Source: Lama glama
Taxonomy: Eukaryota
Assembly: GCA_028534125.1 (NCBI GenBank)
Contig: CM052816.1
Coordinates: 29,390,001-29,454,000 of the forward strand
Reading direction: 5' to 3'
Length of the DNA: 64,000 nucleotides
In this document: positions 53,071 through 64,000 of the stretch, in pieces
How the letters are laid out: each line of letters opens with the position of its first letter
Numbering within the stretch: position 1 is the first letter of the stretch
The notes under the pieces: generated by a model
The model's database searches: none
The model's input: the letters and a program-made list of their open reading frames with translations, nothing else
Told to the model about the DNA's origin: nothing
Program-made: the position numbers and the translations under genes

Positions 53071-55325
53071 CCCTAGAGTGTATCAATGATAGCAAGGAAG
53101 TCACTGAACCAATTTAAAGGAACACAAAAATGCACCATATTCCCCCAAATGAGAGTATTCTTATCTTGGTATTAGAATCTACATTTTTACAGTAAACAGA
53201 AAAAAGTAGAGGAAACGGAAAAAGGTTAACTGTAGTTCTGATCTGCAAACTTCTTTTTCCCTTTCGGTTGGACAGAAACTAGAGCATATTGATTTGAATC
53301 TTAACATTGCATCTTAAAATACTCCACAGTGTGGGTAATTTAGAAACCAAGCTTCACAGAGAGCAAAAACAGAACTATGTCCTCACAGGGTGAAAATGCC
53401 CACTTTACAATGAAGAAAACTTTGGAGCTGCCATCTCTCTAATGGGCGCCACTAAACTGGCCTTGGATGCTGAGTTCATTAAAAATAATAAACAAGCCAA
53501 CAATCTGTGGGCTGGAAAGACACCCAAAGAACCCACATGGGAACTGAAGTCAAGCTCTTTCTGCGGGTTCATCCTTGCAGTAGGCGACACTACCAGGGAC
53601 CTACCTGGAGCTGACAGCGAAGTCTGGTTCCTGTACAAAAGCTCCACGGCCACAAACAGCCCAAATTCTTCCCTCCTCCCCTTACACCTCAGCGTCCTCT
53701 ACCAGCCTTAGTGTGTTCAACACTCTGGGATTAGTTCCAATTTGTGCAGAGAATGACCTGGCACCGCCCCCGAGGGCACTGCTCCCCTAAGTGCTTGGTC
53801 TCTGGCTGTGGCTTTCCTATCAACCATGTGGCAACCTATGGGTTGTAACAGATTGATGGCTGTTCTTTAATTAGGAAAGAAGCAAGTAGACACATGCATA
53901 CAGACATAACAGTGATTCCTCTCCCAGTTTGGGAAGAATCTAATGGGCAACTTGCTTACAACGTGTACATTACTTTGCTACCAGCTGTACATGTATTATC
54001 TCCCTGGCTCCTGACAGGACTGTAAAGGACATGCTATTACTGTCCCCATTTGGTAGACAAGGGTTTTTGAAGCTTATGCAGTTTAAGAAACTTATCCAAG
54101 GCAAAGCCAGGACTTGGACTCATTTCTCTCTGGCACCAAAGCCCTTGCTCTTAACCACCAAAAAATGCTGCCTCCCCTGATTCTCCAAAAAGAACCCAAA
54201 CTTGAACTCTACCTACTACAGATGTTTTAAGTTCTCATTGATTTGGGTTAGAAATGCTGGGTTAGGAGAAAATTTCCCAGATACAGAGAAGATACGTGAT
54301 ATCCAGTTTTGTTCCAGACTCCATCGACAGAATCACAAGGCACTGTGCATGTCTTTGAACTTGCCTTAAGTTAATCCTGGAATTCAGCTTTGACTTCTGA
54401 CACTCACCATGCTTTACTGATTCTTCTTTCGAGTCTCTCCCTAACACTCTATTGTCTTGGTTAAGGCTCTTTCATTTCTCACTCTTGGATTTGCAAGTGC
54501 CTCTGAGCTGGCTCAGTCCAGCTCACATAACTGCAAACCACCTTGCTTACAGATGTCAAATCTTCTTTCAATGTCACTTTCAAGTTGTCCCTCTTCTGGT
54601 AAAAATTCTGCAATAGTTCCTCTTTCTGATGGCCCCAACTCTCCTGCACAGCTCTGAAGGTTCCTATCATCCAGTATTCTCCTTACTATTTTCCACTATG
54701 AATCTCAGAGCTCTAGTCTGACCATCTTCCACTCTCTCCCCAAAATACTCTCTTCTCTGCTCACAGCAACCTCTGTGACCTGGTACTGAGAGTCCCATCC
54801 TCCATGTTTGAATTGAGTTCCTCACTTTGAATCCTTAATTGCATTCATTTATTCATTTATATATGTTAAATATATATATATATGTAAAATTTTGTTATAT
54901 ACATGTTAAAAATAAGTCTAAGGCAAAACTACCCTACTGAGACACTCTCATCTTTGGATCTGGGGTGCTCTCCTCCTCCACCCCAAATTTACTAAGCAGT
55001 GCCAGGCATTGTTTAAGGTGCTAGAGATAGACCAATGAGTACAAAAGATAAAGTTTCCTGTACACCTGGCAGTCTTCCTTCTTCAGATTTCCACAGGTTT
55101 TTTTTTTTAATTGAGAACATTTAATAAAGATATTTTTAAAGAATCAACACAATGTAGTAATTCAGTCATAAAGGACAGGCAATGTGCTTACACATATTCA
55201 AGAAATCAATCATCTAAGTTATAAATTATCATAGTTCATTTGTGTTCTTTTTCTTAGATTCCACATAAAAGCAATATCATATAGCATTTTTCTTTTTCTT
55301 TCTGGCCTACTTCACTTAGAATGAT

Positions 55326-56610
55326 ATTTACATGCAAAAAAAATGAAACTGGACCCTTTTCTGACACCACTCATAAAAATGAACACAAAAGACTTAAATG
55401 AAAGACTTGAAACTTTAAAACTCCTAGGGGAAAAAAATGTGGAGAAAAAGCTACTTGACACTTGTCTTGGTAATGATTTCATGGATACGATACTGAAAGT
55501 GCAAGCAACAAAAGTAAAAATAAACAAGTGGGACTACATCAAACTAGAAAGCTTCTGCACAGCAAAAGAAATGATCAAAAAAATGAAAAGGCAATCTATG
55601 GAACAGGAGAAAATATTTGCAAGCCACATATCTGATAAGGGGTTGATATCCCAATATATATAAAAGAAACTCATACAACTTAATAGAAAAAATAGCCTTA
55701 TTAAAAAGTGGGCAAAGGACCTGAATAGACATATTTCCAAAGAAGATATTTAAATGGCCAACAGGTACATGAAAAGGCGTTCAACATCACCAATCATCAG
55801 GAAACTGCAAATCAAACCACAATGAGAGATCACCTCATAACTGTCAGAATGGCTGTTATCAAAAGGACAAGGATGTGGAGAAAAGGGAAGCGTTGTACAC
55901 TGCTGATGGAAATGTAAATTGGTACAGCCACTATAGAAAACAGTATAAACGTTCCTCAAAAAATTAAAAATAGAACTACCATATGATGCAGCAATTCCAC
56001 TTCTGGGTTATATCCAAAGGAAATGAAATTATCTTGAAGAGATATTTGCACCCCCATGGTCCAATAGTCAACCCAAGTGTCCAACGATGAACAAATGGAT
56101 AAAGAAAATATGACATATATATCCTTCCTTCCCTCCACCACAGAGAGTTTTCCTGGAATCCTTATTACATATACATAAGAATCATTCAGCTGTAAAAAAA
56201 GAAGGAAATCCTGTCATGTAGGACAATATAGATGGAACTTGAGGATATTAAGCTAATAAAGTAAGTCAGAGAAAGACAAATATCGTATGATGTCACTTAT
56301 GCACAGAATCAAAAAACCTCAAACTCAGAAACAGCTGATTGGTGGTTGCCAGAGATTGGGGGAGGAGGGAATAGGCGAAAGTAGTCAAGGGTATAAATCC
56401 CCAGTTATAAGAAGAATAAATCATGGGGATGTAATATATAGCATGGTGACTAAATTTAACAATATTGTATTGTATACATCAGAGTAGCTAAGAGAGTAGG
56501 TCTCAAAATTTCTCACCACATGAAAAAAATTGTAACTATGTGAGGTGATAGATGTGTTAACTAAGCTTATTGGGGCAATCATTTTGCAATATATACACAT
56601 GTAAAGTCAC
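55326..56610 (+). mobile_element. Older L1: ORF2 fragment plus 3' UTR
   Basis: Translates to MKLDPFLTPLIKMN...KINKWDYIKLESFCTAKE...IFASHISDKGLIS (L1 ORF2), degenerate. Confidence 0.92.
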
Positions 56611-56689
56611 TTCAAGGATTCAAGCCATAGAATCCTTCCCAATCTTTCCCCAGTTAGAATCACTGATAACATTTGTTCTTTCCTTCCCA

Positions 56690-57510
56690 AGGTTTTTTTT
56701 CCAGCTTTATTGATATATAATTGATATATACCACTGAATTAGGTAGAGATGTACAACATAGCGATTTTATATCTGTGTAGACTAATAAATGATTACCACA
56801 ATAAGGTTATTTAAAACATCCATCACCACACATAGTTTTTTGTTTTGTTTTTTTTATGGTGGGAACTTCTTAAATCTACTCTCTTAGCAACTGTCAAACA
56901 TACAATACAGGATTGTTAACTACAGTTACCACGTTGTACTTTACATCCCCAGAACTATTCATCTTACTAGTGGAGTATCCTTTGACTACCTTCACCCACT
57001 TCCCCCACCTCCCTCTTCTAAAATTTAAATGCCAAATAAGTATGCCTACTATATATATATATATACTATATATAACACACACATTAGTTTGGAATTTAAA
57101 AATACATTGTGAGCATCCTTCAAAGTCTACATATAACTTTTTTTCTTTCTGTCATGGCTCAATACTCATCCACCATGTGGTAGTACCACAACTAAGTTAA
57201 CCTGAGTTAAACTAGGTTTGCTTAAATTTGATGATCATTTAGGCAGTTTCCAACTCTCTTCTGTTACATATAATATTGCAGCAGCTATCCTAAGAATACA
57301 TCTGAGCCTAACACATTTGTGCACGTGTCCAATTATTACCTAAGAATGAATTTCTAAAAGTGAAACCGCAGGGTGAGAGGTATATGTGTTTTAAATTTTG
57401 ATGCTTACGGCCAGACTGCTCCCCAGAAAGTCACCAAGTTGCAATCTTACCAATAGTGTTTGAGATTGGGAATGCCCCTGTTTGCCCACTTTCCCTCCCA
57501 CCTTGGGCCT
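56690..57510 (-). mobile_element. Antisense L1 3' fragments (an L1M 3' end at about 56690-57010 beside older L1 sequence)
   Basis: CTTTATTGATATATAATTGA...TTTACATCCCCAGAACT motifs, followed by degenerate L1-like sequence. Confidence 0.65.
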
Positions 57511-58607
57511 TATCAGACTGCCTATCAGAGAAGTGAGAAATAACATCCGAAAGCACACAGATCGAGTACTGCTCTGCATAACCCAGCATTTCTCCCTTGA
57601 TAAACATAATGCGCGGGTTCCCACTGAAAATGTTCTAGATAAGAATTCCATTCACACTGATTCTGAGTTACAATTACAAGGTTATCAGCTAATGCTATTT
57701 TCAGTAGTCCAGATTATGACGCTAAATACTATTCTGCAAAAGCACAACAAAAAGAGCCCAGAAAGAAAAGAAAGAAAGAAATACAAAGGATGCAGAATAA
57801 AGAATTCAAAGAGAGGAAGGAGTGGTCTTTTAAAGATAAGATGGAAACTGGATGAAGAAGTACTTTGCAAGGTGGAAGCCAGTTCTGAACTTTGCAATCA
57901 CCCTAAGGAAATAATAGATGTAACACTCTGCTGAACCTCAAAGGGACCACAGGTCTGTAAATACTTTTATGCCTTTGCTTAAAACCCAAACTCCACAAAT
58001 CTGAACTTTGTTCTTCCTTCCTCAGTAAATGCTCACAAGGTCCCTTCAGCAGCATTTCTTACTAATTTTACTCCATTTTTGCTGATCACCTTATTTTCCA
58101 ATCTATTGCTATAAAAGGGTTCATGCATTAGGCTCATGTTCATTTTACCTTTCAGAATTCATGTTGCCATTTCCCCTTTTTGTTCCCTTTAAAATGAACA
58201 CCAAACAAAGCTAGGAATATTTAAGTCTTTGGAGTATGATGTTTTTGGATCTTGGAGAAAAGAAACGGGGAAGGAAAATGAGAAGGAAGGGAAAGGTGAA
58301 CCCCTGCTGTCAGAACATTTTCAAATCAGCTTTAAGACTAGGCTTTGCCCAGACCTGATTTGGTTCTCTGCCCTCTCCAAGCTTTCTAAGATCTTCCTTC
58401 CCTCTGCCTTAGAGAGTTCTCCAGGAATCCTACAGGGGGCGCTGCCTTGGCCTACAGTCTTGGGCCTTTCCCAGTAGAGCATCCCCAGCTGGGGCTACTG
58501 CCCTGGGGAAGGTTCCATTTCTGGGAGTGAGCACCGGGCTCCCTCCCGTCTGGGCCCTCCCAGGACAGCCCCACTGCCTTTTCCATCTTCGCCCACTGCC
58601 CACCAGA

Positions 58608-58646
58608 GACAGTGCCAGCGACAGTGCCAGCGACAGTGCCCGCGAC
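58608..58646. repeat. 12-bp tandem repeat (GACAGTGCCAGC) x3
   Basis: Direct reading; the third unit is GACAGTGCCCGC. Confidence 0.9.
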
Positions 58647-58970
58647 GGCATCTTGGAGAGGGGGGCACGGAGGAGTGACGTCTATTTCCCAACCTCCGCA
58701 AAAGCATCTGAGTTCTGACAGTTACACAGAGCCTCCGTGCAGTTAGTGATTTCTGTTCCTCTGAAATCCATCTCCTTGGGGAAGAAAACCTCCCTCCCCA
58801 AAAGAAACCAGAGATGGAGGGAGAAAAGGAAAATAACTTGCTGAAAACCTATTATGTGCTAGATGTTTGATTCAGGTCATCCCAGTTACACCTCACACCA
58901 TCCTGTGTGCCTGGTTTTACTTCCTCCCACTTTCTGGGGGAAAACAGTGACTTAAAAGAAGTGAAGTAGT

Positions 58971-59104
58971 GGGGTAGTAGTGTATGGCTCAGAGGCAGAA
59001 TGTGTGCTTAGCATGCACGAGGTCCGAGGTTCAACCCCGAGTACCTCCATAAAAAATAAATAAATAAACCTAATTACCTCCCTGCTCAAAAAAAAAAAAA
59101 AAAA
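58971..59104 (+). mobile_element. tRNA-derived camelid SINE, long form, apparently inserted into a MIR
   Basis: Head plus AAATAAACCTAATTACCTCCC plus poly(A), with AAGTGAAGTA direct repeats. Confidence 0.85.
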
Positions 59105-60918
59105 GTGAAGTAACTTGACTGGCCAGGCCTCATACCCGGGAAGCCTTAGAGCTGAAATTCAGGTAATGGTCTACCCAAGGTTTCTTGGGCCCACACAGAA
59201 TTCTCCCGTCAAGCCTGAGAACAGAACTTTCCAAGCTGAGGCCCACATCCTCTGACTGGGCTTAGGGGCACTGTGTCTTTTGCGGGAGGTTCACTTCAAA
59301 TGCCCCCACTTGGTCTCCTTTGCTCCTCCCACAGTCTGAACACTGACGCTTCAATCTGGTGTAGAACTACCCACCCTTGCTCTTACCCTATTTCCTCTAC
59401 TGTTATCCCTTCATTAGTCTGAGAAGCCATCTTGTTAATCTGTTATTTAGACACCTGTTGAAAGGGAATCACTTTTGGAGAACGTGCTGGAGTGACCCAC
59501 GGCTGTCCTGTCACCAAGCTCCCCTCTAAAGCTTTCATCAGATGCTCAGAGGGACCCATAACAAAAAAAAAAAAAAAAAGGTTGAAAACTAGTGAGAAGC
59601 ACCTCCACAAAGTCTTTCCTCCTGGAAGAAATAAAAACAAAATGTGCTTCTAAATAGACCTCTAAGGGTGTCGCAAGAATGTCCATTCAGTGATACAGGG
59701 TCACCCACAGAGAAGCGGCCACACTTCATCTTGGTTCAATAAAATTATTATTTGCCACCCAGGGTGAGAAAGTAGAATACTAATGCATGTTACAGAGGCT
59801 TTGAATACAGAGGAAGGAAGCTGTGGTTTAAGTACAGGAAGAAACTGCAGAAGAGGTCTTTGATCTCTGTATTTCACAAAAAGCAACTGAAAATGTAAGC
59901 AACTGTCTCCTACAATATCAGTTGACAGTTACCAAGAAACGGTTTTAACAATTCTATTACACACATGCACAACTGCTTTTGCTTTTTAACCAGGTGAAGG
60001 ATAAATAGCTGGTAAGAAAAAAAGTCAACTTCTATGGGACATGGGCACACCAACTCAGATACCCCGCCAGTGCACAATGGGAGCAGTCGTAGGGAAGACC
60101 CAAAACGCAAAGTCAGCCAAGAACATTTATTAAGTGCCAACTGTTTAAGACATACTCCCAAGGCCACCCCTGATATAATGGAAGCCTTTCGGTGCCAAGA
60201 GACAGGAGAGTCCAGCCTGTGTGATGTATTGCACACCAGCTGGGAAACCAAAAAATAAAGGCAGAGGAAGAGTGGTGGGGAGAAAAATACAGATTTCAAA
60301 CCTGATTAAACAGAAAGTGAGAAACAGGTGTGAGGGGCCAGTCTTGGCAACGCCAGGCCCCTGGGAAATGACGCAGATTGCCCTTGAAGAGTTCGCAGGT
60401 AGAAGATTGCGGGAAGTCACCAGGGCAGGAGGGAGTGCTGTGCTTGGGACCAAAGCTAACACTTCATGACTCAAGTGTGCTTTGGAGCTTGGTGATATTC
60501 ACTTAACAATATTCTTTTACTATCAATTATCAATTCGGCAAGATGCACAAAACACCACATGTTGAGTCAGAAGGTTCCTCCTCTGTAAGTTAAGGAGGTT
60601 GGAATCAGCTTCTAAATACTGTACTTCTAAGTGAAATGGCATTAGTATTTCTCAAGGTGCTGCTTGTGACTTGATTTTTCCTTGAAAAGGGGCTCTTTTG
60701 TAAATGAAAGTTTGTTTTTAAATTACATGTGCAGACTGTAAAGGAGAGCAGTAACTGCTGATAAACACAGTGCAGCGGTAAAGCTCTGCCTTGTTCCAAG
60801 ACTGCCTCAGTGGCAAAATAATTACAACTGTATTTTCATAATTAAATCAGAATAAGAATCATTGACAAATACGTCTTGAAGAGCATCTACGTACAGACAC
60901 ATACACTTACTAGAATAC

Positions 60919-61061
60919 ACCATATTTTGATTCCATGGATTGTCAGGCACACAATTTAGTAGCAGGAGTTTTAGGGGAAGGACTACAACATTACAATGCA
61001 TCCCCAATTAAAACCGTTAAAAACTGAAAAACAGGCATCTCAGAATCGAAAGACTATGGTA
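60919..61061. mobile_element. Degenerate Tc2-like MITE
   Basis: Imperfect TIRs ACCATATTTTGATTC / GAATCGAAAGACTATGGT. The GGCATCTCAGA subterminal motif is shared with the 61885 element. Confidence 0.4.
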
Positions 61062-61360
61062 AGAATGGATAAATATGGATGCTTCACTAGATGTGTCTAT
61101 TTATCTTTCCAGAATTTTCTCAACAAGAGACCCTGAGCAGAAGCTACTCATCCTGTGTGTAACTCCTCCCTAACACTGAAAACACAGAAGCTAGTAAAAG
61201 AATTTTATGAAAGTTGCACGAAAAAAATGTATTTTGGGCATACCTTTTGACCCAACAATTCTACTTCTTCTAGGAAAATACCTTATAAATGTAATTGTTT
61301 GAATACAGTGACATATAAACAAGGATATTTACTATAGCATTAACTGAAATACAAAAACCT

Positions 61361-61620
61361 ATATTCCACTGTATGATACCACTTAAATGTGGAATCTAAA
61401 AAACTACAACAAACTAGTGAATTAAAAAAAAAAAGCAGCAGACTCACAGATATAGAGAACAAGCTAGCGGTTACCAGCAAGGAGAGGGAGGGGAGAAGGG
61501 TGATATAGAGGCAGGGAGAAAAAGGATTATTATGGGATTATATGAAATCATGTTTTTGAAACTTTTGAAAACTATAAAACACTATAGAATTTAAAGAATC
61601 TTTCATTCACCTAAAAAACA
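61361..61620 (+). mobile_element. L1 3' fragment within an older L1-like region
   Basis: ATGTGGAATCTAAAAA...GCAGACTCACAGATATAGAGAACAAGCTAG motif. Confidence 0.75.
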
Positions 61621-61884
61621 AGTCGATAAAAAATAACAAAAAATCTATACTCCTATAAAAACCTATAAAACCATGTATGTTCAACAATAAGGGAATTCTT
61701 AAATTATGTTACATTCATGGATTTGGAATATGGAATAGATATTTAAATATAGATTTGGAATGTGGAACACCATGAACTAAAAAGAACGAAGTAGATCTCT
61801 CTGCTAATACGGACTGATGTTTGAGATACTAAATATGTGTGAGAGAAAGAAAACAAAAAAGATCTAATTTCTAAGAGTAACATT

Positions 61885-61979
61885 CTGTATTTCATTGACT
61901 GTAAAATGCACATTTCTTCATATCTTAACATCTGGGAAATTAGTGTACAATCTGGCATCTCAGAGTCCATGAAATACAG
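61885..61979. mobile_element. MER104-like Tc1/mariner (Tc2) MITE
   Basis: Terminal inverted repeats CTGTATTTCATTGACT...AGTCCATGAAATACAG, followed by TA. Confidence 0.65.
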
Positions 61980-62846
61980 TAGTACGATCCTATTTGTGTT
62001 TACGTATAATACATATGCTTGAATACGCATAGAAATTTTCTGGAAAGTTACTTCTAATTGTAACACAGGGGAAGGAAAAGATGCTTTAAAATGTTTTATT
62101 TTACTTTATCCTATATTCTTTAAGGGTTGAGGTGTTTCCCTGAACACATATTACTTCCAAATAAAAACAAAACAAACCGCATGTAAGTCGTTCCAGGTTC
62201 CTAAAATGTACTGGCTTGGACAAACAATAGGACAGACCACCCCTTTTGGGAAAACCACCCCCATGAGATTTTTTTATTTTACAGACAAAAAACAAGCAGG
62301 GACGAAAGAAGCGGGAAGATTGCTGATGGATCTTGAGCACCTGGCAGTGTCTGCTTCCTTTCTGTTTCCTGATCATTCAGGAAAGTCTTGCCGAAAGCTG
62401 TAGCTTGGTCTTCATGCTAGGGGTGGAGGGGGTGGGAATTCAGAGGAAGTTCTGTCCTCTGGGAAGACGGAGCAGCAAAGCAGAGCAAGTGTTCTTCTCT
62501 GAGGGAGAAAGGGGGAGGTGAAAGACGATGTCTGGCCAAGGCCAACCACACCAGCAGAGGATGGCCGCCTCAAGGACAAGGGCCGGGTCCTTAGCACAAG
62601 TAAGCTGGGGCCCAGAAGATGAAGCTTCAGGGCAGTGTTTCTCACCTGGTGGTCCTCCACCCTTGGAATTAGCGGGGTGGGGGTCTGGGTGGGGAAGGTG
62701 TGTTGTTAAAATGCAGATCCCCTGGCCTACCCAGGTCTAAGGCAAAGGAATTTCCAGCAGCAGTGGCCTGAGCTATCATGATTTGACTATTTGCATCTGT
62801 CACATAAGGTGGGTAACCGTTACAATATGTAAAAACAGAGGTAACA

Positions 62847-62925
62847 AGGGGAAGGAGGGTGGGAAGGGACAGACTGGGAGTTCAAAATTTGTAGATGACT
62901 ATAACTCAATAAAAAAAAGTTAAAA
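62847..62925 (+). mobile_element. Very short, internally deleted L1 3' end with perfect TSD
   Basis: 16-bp TSD AAAAACAGAGGTAACA at 62831-62846 and 62926-62941. The body matches two separated parts of the L1 3' UTR. Confidence 0.75.
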
Positions 62926-63469
62926 AAAAACAGAGGTAACAGAGTTCAACAAATTTTTCCCAAATGACTTTCAAAATTAGAATTGTTACTACTCCTCAAA
63001 CAGGAAGGACCTAAATCTTCTGAGATTAAGACCTTTATATTTTAATAGTTGTAAACTGAAGCAAATGCTTGGAAATTTCATCTCCTTCTTGAGAGAAAGT
63101 ATACCCCTCCCTCAATGTATTTAATTAAGAAAATGGCCTCTGGAAAACTAAGTTTATTTTTGAGGGGAGGAACTCCTAAAATGACTAGCAAGAAAATGTT
63201 TTAAACACCCTATATTTTTCCAGCTCTTCCATTTTTTCTGCAAATCAGCTGATTTAAGTTCTGCTCATAGGGTGAGCCTGCACCTGGGAGCTCACAGCAC
63301 CAAAATTTACACTTCAAATGCCTCTTCCTCTGCTGTTTCAGTTTGGAGTTTAAAGATTTCAGTTTACCTCACTTCTCTCTCTAAGCAATGTGGCATTATT
63401 TTCCTCTTTATGTCATGATAGAAGGCACAGTAGATTGACTTACTTATAAATGATTTAATTATATGTCCT

Positions 63470-64000
63470 CTTTCTTTTTTTTAATTGAAGTATAGTTGGT
63501 TTACGATGTTGTGTTAATTTTTGGTGTACAGCATAGTGATTCAGTTTTATCTATCTATCTGTATTCCTTTTCATATTCTTTTTCATTATAGGTGATTACA
63601 ATGTATTGAATGCAGTTCCCTATGCTATACAGTAGGGCCTTGCTGTTTATCTATTTTATATGTAGTAGTGTGGATCTGCAAATCTCAAACTCCCAAGTTA
63701 ACCCTCTAACCCTCCCCTTTCCCCCCTGGTAACCACAATTTTGTTCTCTATGTCCATGAATCTGTTTCTGTTTTGTAAATAAGTTCATCTGTGTCTTCTT
63801 TTTTAGATTCCACATTTAAGTGATATCATATGTTAATTGTCTTTTTCTTTCTGGCTTAATTCACTTAGAATAACGATCTCTAGGTTCATACATGTTGCTG
63901 CAAACAGCATTATTTTATTATTTTTTATGGCTGAGTAGTATTCTATTATACATATATGTGTGTGTATATATATATATACCCCACAATATATTAGACCATT
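63470..64000 (-). mobile_element. L1 3' end, runs off the window
   Basis: Poly(T) followed by antisense L1 3' UTR. Confidence 0.9.

Noticed and set aside
54479..54670. Charged, protein-like ORF (QESWGHQKEELLQNFYQK...) as a coding exon
   Set aside because: Poor polypyrimidine tract at the putative acceptor, a phase incompatible with the TNFAIP8 common exon, and no recognised homology.
55343..55663. Protein-like ORFs here and at 19083-19406, 30213-30512 and 39174-39398
   Set aside because: Degenerate L1 ORF2 fragments, not host genes.
58430..58651. ORF beginning MPSRALSLALSLALSL, resembling a signal peptide
   Set aside because: The hydrophobic pattern is just the translation of the 12-bp tandem repeat; there is no other coding evidence.
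15700..59104. tRNA-like sequences as true tRNA genes
   Set aside because: They have A-rich tails, TSDs and divergent multiple copies, and lack adjacent terminators, so they are SINEs.

Overview
Mammalian genomic DNA, almost certainly from a camelid: ten copies of a tRNA-Ala-derived SINE (Vic-1-like) and many camelid-type L1 3' ends are present. The window lies in the 5' part of TNFAIP8 on the minus strand. A CpG-rich promoter with kB-like, GC-box and CCAAT motifs (about 12.0-12.75 kb) precedes a first coding exon encoding MHSEAEESKE plus a phase-1 G (donor after 12187). About 25 kb upstream, an alternative exon encodes MLKL plus a phase-1 G (donor after 37040). I did not find the common downstream exon (VATDVFNSK...) in the window, so it should lie beyond the left edge. 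The rest is intronic or regulatory sequence with SINEs, L1, L2, MIR, LTR and DNA-transposon relics and microsatellites. Almost all ORF-track entries are spurious. I see no evidence of a wholly new biological system. The most interesting leads are alternative N-terminus and start-codon use in TNFAIP8, an L1/non-L1 chimeric poly(A) insert, and a SINE copy that still folds as a tRNA. Comparisons to human or mouse isoforms and repeat-family names come from memory and need database confirmation.
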